DNA of 64,000 nt from an uncultured bacterium. Its GTDB lineage: Bacteria > Patescibacteriota > Minisyncoccia > Phycocordibacterales > CAIRYW01. Location of the stretch: positions 1,406 through 65,405 of the forward strand of contig CAIRYW010000019.1 of NCBI GenBank assembly GCA_903882905.1, read 5' to 3'. Shown piece by piece: positions 21,475 to 29,385 of the stretch (position 1 is the stretch's first letter; each line of letters begins with the position of its first letter). The notes under the pieces were generated by a model. The model was not told where the DNA came from. It worked only from the letters and a program-made list of their open reading frames with translations, and did not search any database. A program made the translations under genes and the position numbers.

Positions 21475-21742
21475 AGCACTCCCCTGTAGAATACTGCAGC
21501 TTTCTGTCGAAATGGCAGATTGAAACTCTCTGGGATATCGGTGAAGGCTAAGTTTACAAACTGTAAATATGCGAATACCGAGGGAACCCCTTTGTTTAAA
21601 ACTTTGGGGGCGCCGTAGAGACTAGATACCAGAGCACCTAAACCTTGATTTATCAGGCACGGTGAAGATATAGTCCACGCCTTTATGAAAATATTGGATA
21701 AGTGCACGGGAGAGGTCGAGGGATCATCACCCTTCAGCCGCG
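21454..21742 (+). tRNA. tRNA-Asp(GTC) split by a group I intron (exons 21454-21487 and 21705-21742)
   Basis: Acceptor gcggctg/cagccgc, G73; spliced loop ct GT|C ac; stem ctccc/gggag. Confidence 0.85.
21488..21704 (+). ncRNA. Group I intron (217 nt) at anticodon position 35/36
   Basis: P1 ctgt|ag-aata-ctgcag with U.G at the splice site; core gtagagacta / aagatatagtcc; terminal G. Confidence 0.88.
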
Positions 21743-21774
21743 CAAGAAAAAAACGCCTAAAGGCGTTTTTTTTT

Positions 21775-21922
21775 GTGGCTGAGAAAGGTGTGGGACACCT
21801 TTCGCAAGGGCGATGATGGGCGCAACGATGTTTTGTCAGCAGACAAAACAGTGAGCTGGGATAGCAAAATTTCCGAGCGACGGCGAAGAAATATTTGTGA
21901 TCATCACCCTTCAGCCGCGCAA
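21775..21922 (+). repeat. tRNA-linked structured element (Asp copy) ending in a 24-bp duplicate of the tRNA 3' end
   Basis: gatcatcacccttcagccgcgcaa at 21722-21745 and 21899-21922; split antisense copy at 21775-21817. Confidence 0.75.
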
Positions 21923-21923
21923 T

Positions 21924-21948
21924 AAAAATCCCCGAAAGGGGATTTTTT
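21924..21948 (+). terminator. Intrinsic terminator
   Basis: aaaaatcccc-gaaa-ggggattttt. Confidence 0.75.
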
Positions 21949-22029
21949 CGTGGTCAATAAAAGCATAAGTAACGAAATAGATAAACCTACGTCTTTTGTG
22001 TTGTCTAAATCTGGTATAATTTTCTACAT

Positions 22030-23067
22030 ATGAAAAACTCTCAAAAAGGATTTATTGGTAAATTAGTTCTAATTATTATCGCAATCCTAATTATAGGTGG
22101 TTTATTTTTATACTATCAAAATAATAATCAATCAAAAGTAAATAATAATGTGGTCGATAATTTTTTATCGAAATGTGGTTTTAAAGTAACTTCAATTACT
22201 CCAAATGAAAAAGTAAATTTTCCTTTAATTGTGAAAGGTGTGATCGATAATTCAAATGCAAAAACTCTTGGGTGCTCTTGGCAAATGTTTGAAGGTGAAG
22301 CTGGTGTAGCGCAATTATATTTCAATAATAATCAAAGTTGGAATCCGATTGGTGTCGGTGTACCAATAAATGTTGCTGATTGGATGACTACGTCGACTAC
22401 CTTTTCCGTATTACTTAACTTTAATAATGACGGAATTGGGTTGTCTACAGGAACTCTAATGAAAATTACTTTCACAGAAGAAAATCCATCAGGACAAGGA
22501 ATAACTGATTCAATAGATCTTCCTATTATATTCGGTAACATTTCCTCTGTCTCAGAAAATGCAGTCTATGAAAATAAGCTAAACGGTTTTTCTTTTTCCT
22601 ATCCAAGTAAATTTAGTCTCGCAGATAATGAAACTATTTTAAATCAACCTTGGGAATACAATACAACAGATACTGGAAATTTAATTGCAAGAGTTGTGAT
22701 CCCAAGAACTATTCAGCCGAAAACAAATTTTGGTGAAGCTTATTTCGATGTCGGTGTGAGCACGAGTACAGATTCAATAAAAAATTGTCTTATATCTTCA
22801 GGTGTTAATACAACAGATGTATCTAGTATAAGTATAAATGACCAGAGTTTTGAAGTTTTTCATTACAACGACGCAGGAGCTGGAAATTTTTATGATGTAA
22901 CAAGTTATCATACAGTCAAGAATGGAAAATGTTTTGTGCTGGAATCTTTTGTTCATTCGTCAAATATAGGGAATTATTCACCGGACCAAGGAATAAAAGA
23001 ATTCGATAAAATTTTAGTAAATAATATTTTGAAAAATATAGTTGAATCATTCCAGTTTTTAAATTGA
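22030..23067 (+). CDS. Surface protein with a pilin-like (class III) N-terminus
   Basis: MKNSQKG|FIGKLVLIIIAILII; FEGE motif and FSFSYP...GAG PsbP-like C-terminal region. Confidence 0.6.
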   Translation: MKNSQKGFIGKLVLIIIAILIIGGLFLYYQNNNQSKVNNNVVDNFLSKCGFKVTSITPNEKVNFPLIVKGVIDNSNAKTLGCSWQMFEGEAGVAQLYFNNNQSWNPIGVGVPINVADWMTTSTTFSVLLNFNNDGIGLSTGTLMKITFTEENPSGQGITDSIDLPIIFGNISSVSENAVYENKLNGFSFSYPSKFSLADNETILNQPWEYNTTDTGNLIARVVIPRTIQPKTNFGEAYFDVGVSTSTDSIKNCLISSGVNTTDVSSISINDQSFEVFHYNDAGAGNFYDVTSYHTVKNGKCFVLESFVHSSNIGNYSPDQGIKEFDKILVNNILKNIVESFQFLN

Positions 23068-23082
23068 TTTAAATAAAAATAT

Positions 23083-23502
23083 ATGGAAGAAAAAGAATTT
23101 AGAGTTGGTGTCGGCGTGATGATTTTTAAAGAAAATAAGATTCTACTTGGCAAGAGAAAGGGAAGTCATGGGTCAGGAGAATTTTCTTTCCCAGGAGGAA
23201 AAATGGAATACAAAGAATCTTTCAAAGATTGTGTTTTACGAGAAATTAAGGAAGAGTGTGGAGTAGAAATCGATAATATTGAATTTTTGATTGTCGCAAA
23301 TATAAAACAATATTTACCAAAACATCATGTCCTTGTGGGCTTTAGAGCGACATGGAAATCGAGTGAGCCTGCAGTATTGGAGCCAGAAAAATGTGAAGGC
23401 TGGGGTTGGTACGACTTAGATAAACTACCTGAACCACTTTTTGAAGCATCAAAAATAATGATTGATGCTTATAAAGATAAAAGATCTTTCCTAGATAGCT
23501 AA
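23083..23502 (+). CDS. NUDIX hydrolase (NUDT15-like)
   Basis: PGG....ESFKDCVLREIKEECG; EPEKCEGWGW. Confidence 0.9.
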   Translation: MEEKEFRVGVGVMIFKENKILLGKRKGSHGSGEFSFPGGKMEYKESFKDCVLREIKEECGVEIDNIEFLIVANIKQYLPKHHVLVGFRATWKSSEPAVLEPEKCEGWGWYDLDKLPEPLFEASKIMIDAYKDKRSFLDS

Positions 23503-24011
23503 ATAATCTTTCCTTTTAATATTTTCATTACGTCTTTTCTAACTGCCGGGATTTTTTTGTTTGCATCTATAAAAATTGCATCTTTAAACTTTGGCGCTGA
23601 ATAGCGTAAGCAATTTTTTTTGATATCTCTTATTGTTCTACATTTTTTTCTACTTCTAGCTCTTTTAATACTATTTTCTAATTTAGTTTTTAAAAAAAGA
23701 TGAATATAATTTATTTTTCCTATTTTTATTTTTAATTCCTTTATTAATACTACTGTCCATGAACTACTTATTACAACATTTATATTTTTTGCAATATAGG
23801 AATTAATCATGTCAATCATCACACGTCTTGTGAGATTGTGATAAGAAATATTTTTCTGAAATGAATTAATAAAATATTTTATTATATCCATATCCAAAAA
23901 AACTGTTTTATTTGGAAGTTTTTTCTTTAGGTAACTAGCAAGAGTTGTTTTACCGGCACCTATAGGCCCATTTATTAGTAAAACAAAAGGTTTTACTTTA
24001 TGAGTTTTCAT
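23499..24011 (-). CDS. P-loop kinase / AAA family protein
   Basis: INGPIGAGKTT; very AT-rich. Confidence 0.7.
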   Translation of the reverse strand: MKTHKVKPFVLLINGPIGAGKTTLASYLKKKLPNKTVFLDMDIIKYFINSFQKNISYHNLTRRVMIDMINSYIAKNINVVISSSWTVVLIKELKIKIGKINYIHLFLKTKLENSIKRARSRKKCRTIRDIKKNCLRYSAPKFKDAIFIDANKKIPAVRKDVMKILKGKII

Positions 24012-24084
24012 ATCTTCATTATATCACACTTTATAATAAAGAGCAATTAGCTAATAATAAGATAGTCTGTAGAATTATAAAACT

Positions 24085-24780
24085 ATGAGCAAGACTTTTT
24101 GGGAAAAAGAATATAAAGATCCAAGACATTTAGCGATGTCAGATGAGCCTGCAGAAGACTTAATTCATTTTGCTAAGTGGACAGTTAGGAATGCAGAATG
24201 GAATCCATTTCCAAAAGATGGCTTTACACTTGATATTGGTTGTGGAAATGGAAGGAATATTATAAATCTTTGTGAAGAATACAATATGCATGGATTAGGT
24301 ATAGATATTTCGTCTACTGCAATTGAACAAGCTACAAACAAGACAAAAACAAAAAATTTAAAAATTAATTACGTAATAATGGAGGTAAAGGATCGGCTAC
24401 CAATCGAAGATGCAACTTGTGACGTCGTTTTAGATATGATGACTTCACATTTTTTGAATGAAGCAGATAGAAAATCTTTGGCGTTAGAGATTGCAAGAGT
24501 TACAAAGCCCTATGGTTGGGTAATGTTTAAAACTTTTATTATGGATGGAGATAGTCATGCGAAAAGATTGATTAAAGAATTTCCAGCCGGAGAAGAGGGA
24601 AGTTATATTCATCCAAAAATAAAGGTTGCTGAACATGTTTTTACTGAACAAGAAATTTATGATTTATTTTCTCCGAATTTTAAAATATTTAAGATGTTGA
24701 AAAGTTATAAGCATGTTCTTGATGGCAAACCACACAAGAGGAGAACAGTTTCTGTTTATCTAGAAAGAAAGAGAGATTAA
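24085..24780 (+). CDS. Class I SAM-dependent methyltransferase
   Basis: LDIGCGNGRN, GIDIS. Confidence 0.88.
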   Translation: MSKTFWEKEYKDPRHLAMSDEPAEDLIHFAKWTVRNAEWNPFPKDGFTLDIGCGNGRNIINLCEEYNMHGLGIDISSTAIEQATNKTKTKNLKINYVIMEVKDRLPIEDATCDVVLDMMTSHFLNEADRKSLALEIARVTKPYGWVMFKTFIMDGDSHAKRLIKEFPAGEEGSYIHPKIKVAEHVFTEQEIYDLFSPNFKIFKMLKSYKHVLDGKPHKRRTVSVYLERKRD

Positions 24781-24796
24781 TAATTAATAAAAAAAT

Positions 24797-25228
24797 ATGC
24801 AATCAAAAGATTTAACAAAAGAAGCCCCAAGAAGTCCTTATGAATTAATTAATGGTTTTACTATCTTAGCAAGGACAATAGATAAGTGCAGAGCTGTTAT
24901 TGCTGAAACAAATGGAGAATACCACTTTGATTGTCCTTTGGATAAAGCTTTATTTGGTTTTAAAGGAATCGATGCAAACGAGTTTAAGGATTTTGTTGCA
25001 TCAGGTAGTAGTGATGAAGAAATCGGAGAGTGGGTTTTTGAACATGGAACTCAAAAAACAGTTGATGAAATAAAAACTTGGAGTAAACATTTTCATTCTG
25101 ATTTCTCTTACTCAACAGATCCAAATAAAAGCACTTGGTTTAAAGGTGAATGCGAAAGACTTGGACTTGATCCAATGAAAACAACCCTTTTTGATTATCT
25201 AGAAGTAGACGATAAGGCAAGTTTTTAA
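24797..25228 (+). CDS. DUF5069-like protein
   Basis: PRSPY, LARTIDKCRA, GEYHFDCPLD. Confidence 0.7.
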   Translation: MQSKDLTKEAPRSPYELINGFTILARTIDKCRAVIAETNGEYHFDCPLDKALFGFKGIDANEFKDFVASGSSDEEIGEWVFEHGTQKTVDEIKTWSKHFHSDFSYSTDPNKSTWFKGECERLGLDPMKTTLFDYLEVDDKASF

Positions 25229-25285
25229 AATACTTTTTTTAAATTGAAAATACTGTCCGATTATAATAGTATGTGCTGACAACTT

Positions 25286-25552
25286 GCCGTTGTAGCTCAG
25301 TTGGTAGAGCACGTCATTGGTTAGTTAAATAGCCCATCATTTTGGAAACGAAATGATGAATCCCGAATTACGGTTAAAGTCCACGCAAGTGGGTAAGACC
25401 GTGGCGAGAAATCGCCCGAACGACTGACAAGGGACGCTAAACCGAAAAGGTATGTGTAAGATACAGTCTAATCCTTTTATAAGTCATTGCGGCGAAATAA
25501 AGGTAGGAAATGAATGACGAGGTCTCCGGTTCAATCCCGGACAACGGCTCCA
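25286..25552 (+). tRNA. tRNA-Thr(GGT) split by a group I intron (exons 25286-25321 and 25513-25552)
   Basis: Acceptor gccgttg/caacggc plus TCCA; spliced loop tt GGT|aa; exons sum to 76 nt. Confidence 0.88.
25322..25512 (+). ncRNA. Group I intron (191 nt) at position 36/37
   Basis: P1 ggt|ta-gttaaa-tagcc with U.G; P7 gactg/cagtc (aacgactga, aagatacagtc); terminal G. Confidence 0.85.
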
Positions 25553-25553
25553 T

Positions 25554-25589
25554 TTAAAAACCACCAGCAAATTTGCTGGTGGTTTTTAA
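25554..25589. terminator. Bidirectional terminator (perfect palindrome)
   Basis: ttaaaaaccaccagcaaatttgctggtggtttttaa between convergent genes. Confidence 0.75.
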
Positions 25590-25613
25590 TTTCCATAGAA
25601 TCAGATATCACAT

Positions 25614-25838
25614 TTAGGCAGATATTTTTGAAGATGAAACGCACGCTTTGCAAGTTTTTTTGTGAATTACAACTTCAACGATTGCAGCAACACCGACAAG
25701 AATGTAGACAATATTTGCTAAAGTACTTCCTGCTCCAAAAGCCATTGCGACTAAGTCCCATCCTCCAATTCCTACCAAAAGCCAGTTAAGGCCTCCAATA
25801 ATAAGAAGGATGAAAGAAATCATGTGAATAGTTTTCAT
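25614..25838 (-). CDS. DUF378 family membrane protein
   Basis: LLIIGGLNWLLVG...DLV...VYILVG. Confidence 0.85.
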   Translation of the reverse strand: MKTIHMISFILLIIGGLNWLLVGIGGWDLVAMAFGAGSTLANIVYILVGVAAIVEVVIHKKTCKACVSSSKISA

Positions 25839-26033
25839 AGAGTTTTGAAATTAAATTGTTAATTTCGACCTCGAGTCTGACACTTAAATTATAACACTTT
25901 ATTTAGAGTTATAGACACCTAAGAGAATAATGTTTGAGCCTTTGCAACAATTAATAAGGTTTGATGACTTTCATCTTGATTTAGAGACCATATTGAAATG
26001 TAATGGTACATTATCAAATTCGTCATATAGGTT

Positions 26034-26477
26034 GTGAGGAACATACCAAAAAAATATTTAATTGTGATTGGGGTTTTTGTTGTTGTTGTCTTGGTGTCAC
26101 TTTTTATTATATTTAATCCATTCAATCATCTCGATAGCGCCACACTTGCCGCAAGAAGAGGAGCTACCGAACTCTTATCAGTCACCATCATGACTGATTT
26201 AGTTAGTTACTATAATGTTGAGAGTAATTTTTTGGACTTCTCAAAAAGTCTTGCAGTAAAACAAAAAATTGCGGGGGAGATTTTAGATCTAAAAACAAAA
26301 TACGGAGGAGACTATGATTATAAAATTTTTGAAATATCAGAAAGGGGATTGTCTATTAAGACAGTCGAGAAAACTACGGGGACTTATTATTGTATCGATA
26401 ACGCAACCTATGTTCCTGTTGAAATTAAAAGCGATCAATTTACTGTAAATTCAGATTGTACTGGAAAAAGATTGTGA
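26034..26477 (+). CDS. Hypothetical membrane-anchored protein
   Basis: N-terminal TM; C-terminal YYCID..C resembling pilin globular ends. Confidence 0.55.
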   Translation: MRNIPKKYLIVIGVFVVVVLVSLFIIFNPFNHLDSATLAARRGATELLSVTIMTDLVSYYNVESNFLDFSKSLAVKQKIAGEILDLKTKYGGDYDYKIFEISERGLSIKTVEKTTGTYYCIDNATYVPVEIKSDQFTVNSDCTGKRL

Positions 26478-26532
26478 TTTTTTTAAATTAAGTAATTGAT
26501 TTATTCGGTGCTATGTAATATCTTTTCTTAGT

Positions 26533-26608
26533 GCCGATGTAGCTCAGTTGGTAGAGCAGGCGCTTCGTAAGCGTCAGGTCGACAGTTCGATTCTGTCCAT
26601 CGGCTCCA
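26533..26608 (+). tRNA. tRNA-Thr(CGT)
   Basis: Canonical 76-nt cloverleaf, loop tt CGT aa, CCA encoded. Confidence 0.95.
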
Positions 26609-26676
26609 TAAATATAGAATATCTATATTTAGAGAATCGAAAAGCGCAGATATATTTTTCTGGTAATATTGTATTA

Positions 26677-27549
26677 ATGAAAGAAGAAAAAGAGAAAAGA
26701 ATATTAGAAATAGAACAACTTATGACAGGCTCGGATTTTTGGGCTGATAAAGAAAAAGCTCAACTTTTGATTAAAGAATTACAGGAGTTAAAGACTACTG
26801 TTGAGGGCGGAAGTCCCTTTGATAGCGGAGATGCTATTTTGACGATTTTTTCTGGAGCAGGGGGAATTGATTCTGAAGATTTTGCCTCAATGCTTCTTTC
26901 GATGTACCAAAAATATGTTGCAAAGAGAGGATGGGGAACGTACTTGGTTCATGAAAATAAAAATGATCATGGTGGAATTCGCAATACTACTTTTGAAATA
27001 AAAGGAAAGAACGCGTATGGAATTTTAAAAAATGAATCAGGTGTTCATCGTCTTGTGCGACTTTCTCCGTTTAATTCAAAAAGTTTGAGACATACCTCAT
27101 TTGCAATGGTTGAAATAATTCCAAAGTTTGAAAAAAAAATGAATATAGAGGTACCAGAATCTGAACTTAAAATTGAATTTTCAAAATCTAGTGGTCCAGG
27201 AGGACAAAATGTAAACAAAAGAGAAACAGCTGTGAGGATTGTTCATGTTCCAACAAAAATTTCGGTGCATGTAGATTCTCAGAGGAGTCAGGGACAAAAT
27301 AAAGAAAAAGCACTTGAGATTTTAAAAGGCAAACTCTACACGATTTTTGAGGCAGAAAGAATTGCTCGAGAAAAGGGAATGCAAATATCTAAGACCACAG
27401 ATGTGGAGTGGGGAAATCAGATTCGCTCTTATGTTTTGCATCCATATAAGATGGTTAAGGACCATAGAACGAATGTTGAGACCGCAAATACAGAAGCTGT
27501 TTTAAATGGAGATATCGAAAAATTCTTAGAAGCCGAAAAATTTCTGTGA
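26677..27549 (+). CDS. prfB: Peptide chain release factor 2 (shortened N-terminus)
   Basis: GAGG, RLSPF, GGQ, WGNQIRSY; ATG 26677 chosen because the longer ORF start lies inside a tRNA. Confidence 0.9.
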   Translation: MKEEKEKRILEIEQLMTGSDFWADKEKAQLLIKELQELKTTVEGGSPFDSGDAILTIFSGAGGIDSEDFASMLLSMYQKYVAKRGWGTYLVHENKNDHGGIRNTTFEIKGKNAYGILKNESGVHRLVRLSPFNSKSLRHTSFAMVEIIPKFEKKMNIEVPESELKIEFSKSSGPGGQNVNKRETAVRIVHVPTKISVHVDSQRSQGQNKEKALEILKGKLYTIFEAERIAREKGMQISKTTDVEWGNQIRSYVLHPYKMVKDHRTNVETANTEAVLNGDIEKFLEAEKFL

Positions 27550-27561
27550 AGAAATTTTGAG

Positions 27562-27666
27562 GCCCAGCACATAGTTTTTCTGATTTCGTGCCATGTTGGT
27601 CTAATTTTGATATAATTAATACACATTGAGTTTTAATTTTCTACCCAGAAAAACTATGTGCTGGGC
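27562..27666. repeat. CCCAGCAC-family element upstream of ftsE
   Basis: Perfect 21-bp IR gcccagcacatagtttttctg / cagaaaaactatgtgctgggc; encloses TGATATAAT. Confidence 0.8.
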
Positions 27667-27705
27667 ATTAATTTCTAAAACTCATTTCATTCGTTAAGAA
27701 ATTAT

Positions 27706-28386
27706 ATGATCTACTTTGATAAAGTTTCAAAAAAATATTCTGATACATCTACTGCTCTTGAAGAGATAACAATTTCTGTGGAACCAAAAGAGTTTGTTTC
27801 TATTGTGGGCCACTCTGGTGCAGGAAAAACGACGCTTCTTAAAATGATTTTAGGTGAAGAATCACCGTCACAGGGAAGTGTCTATTTTGAATCAGTAAAC
27901 ATTCATAAATTAGGGAAGCACGATATAAACAAATATCGCAGAAGAATTGGTACTGTTTTTCAAGATTTCAGACTTTTACCCCACTTAACAGTTTTTGAAA
28001 ATATAGCTTTTGCTATGGAAGCCTCAGGAAGAAGTGAAGAAGATATTGCTTCTGATGTTCCTCATGTTCTTGAATTGGTAAATCTTTCAGACAAGATCAT
28101 GTCTTTTCCAAGACAACTTTCTGGTGGAGAAAAACAAAGAGTTGCTATTGCGCGTGCGATTGTAAATCAACCAGATATTATTATTGCTGACGAGCCGACT
28201 GGAAACCTAGATCCAATTTCAAGTAGAGAAATTATTGATATCCTTCAAAAAATAAATGAATTAGGAACAGTAGTCATTCTTGCAACTCATAATAAAGAAA
28301 TTGTTGATTCACTTGGAAAGAGAGTCATTACTATGGAAAAAGGAAAAATTATTAGAGACAACAAGAAAGGTAAATTTGTGATGTAA
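27706..28386 (+). CDS. ftsE: Cell division ATP-binding protein FtsE
   Basis: GHSGAGKTT, VFQDFRLL, LSGGE, ADEPTGNLD; followed by ftsX. Confidence 0.93.
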   Translation: MIYFDKVSKKYSDTSTALEEITISVEPKEFVSIVGHSGAGKTTLLKMILGEESPSQGSVYFESVNIHKLGKHDINKYRRRIGTVFQDFRLLPHLTVFENIAFAMEASGRSEEDIASDVPHVLELVNLSDKIMSFPRQLSGGEKQRVAIARAIVNQPDIIIADEPTGNLDPISSREIIDILQKINELGTVVILATHNKEIVDSLGKRVITMEKGKIIRDNKKGKFVM

Positions 28387-28390
28387 AAAT

Positions 28391-29311
28391 ATGTTTTGGA
28401 TTAATACAAAAAGAATAGTCAGACTTGGTTTTATAAATTTTGCTAGAAATATTTCTGTTTCTATTGCAGCTGTTTTAATTACAACTGTTGCTTTATTGGT
28501 TATAGCTTCACTTATGTTTTCAAGAGCTGTTCTTGATTCAACTTTGTCTCAAATACAAAATGCCGTTGATATAAGAGTTTATCTTTCAAATTCTGCAAAC
28601 AATGATGAAATTGCATCGCTCCAAAAAAGAATAGAAGCCTTGCCTGAAGTTGCCCAAGTTTCATTATCGACAAATGATCAAGAGTTGGCTGATTTTACAA
28701 GCAGACATCAAAATGATCAGCTTACCCTTCAAGCTATAGAAGAGATTGGTGCAAATCCTTTTGGATCAGCGTTTAGTATCAAAGCAAAAGATATTTCTCA
28801 ATATTCAGGTATCGCATCATTTTTAGATGCAGAACAAAATCAGACTCAAAGTAGTATTATCGACCGTGTAAACTATTCAAGAAATAAACAAGCAATCGAC
28901 GTTATAAATAAAATGATTGCCTCATCAAAAAAACTTGGAATTACAGGAGTAATATTTTTCTCATTGATTTCACTTTTGATAACCTTCAACACAATTAGCC
29001 TTGCAATATATATGGCAAGAGAAGAGATATCTGTGATGAGACTTGTCGGCGCAAGTACGCGTTATATTCGAGGGCCATTTATAGTGAGTGGTTTGATTTA
29101 TGGTCTGTGTGCATCAATACTTTCACTAATAATTATCCTTCCTATTACTTATTGGGTGGGGCCAAAAATCTATGATTTAGGAACCGGAATAAACCTATTT
29201 AACTTTTATCTATCAAATATAGTTATGTTTATTGGTGTTATCACTGCTTCAGGTCTTGCTATCGGAGCTTTGTCTAGCTATTTGGCCGTAAGAAAGTATT
29301 TAAAAGTCTAA
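28391..29311 (+). CDS. ftsX: Cell division permease FtsX
   Basis: REEISVMRLVGA..YIRGPF. Confidence 0.92.
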   Translation: MFWINTKRIVRLGFINFARNISVSIAAVLITTVALLVIASLMFSRAVLDSTLSQIQNAVDIRVYLSNSANNDEIASLQKRIEALPEVAQVSLSTNDQELADFTSRHQNDQLTLQAIEEIGANPFGSAFSIKAKDISQYSGIASFLDAEQNQTQSSIIDRVNYSRNKQAIDVINKMIASSKKLGITGVIFFSLISLLITFNTISLAIYMAREEISVMRLVGASTRYIRGPFIVSGLIYGLCASILSLIIILPITYWVGPKIYDLGTGINLFNFYLSNIVMFIGVITASGLAIGALSSYLAVRKYLKV

Positions 29312-29385
29312 AAAACCAATTAGGTCATATCAAATATGCTCTGTAAATAGAGCATATTTTTTTATTTTCGATACAATAGAAAGCA

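Noticed and set aside
21465-21707. 80-aa minus-strand ORF
   Set aside because: It is antisense to the group I intron and has no protein motif.
21722-21922. Integrated prophage or island att sites at tRNA-Asp
   Set aside because: The direct repeats enclose only about 150 bp and no integrase is present; treated instead as a small tRNA-linked element.
25514-25789. 91-aa plus-strand ORF
   Set aside because: It starts in a tRNA exon, crosses a terminator and is antisense to the DUF378 gene.
26548-26676. N-terminal extension of the prfB ORF
   Set aside because: It overlaps tRNA-Thr(CGT); no frameshift site is seen and ATG 26677 is more plausible.
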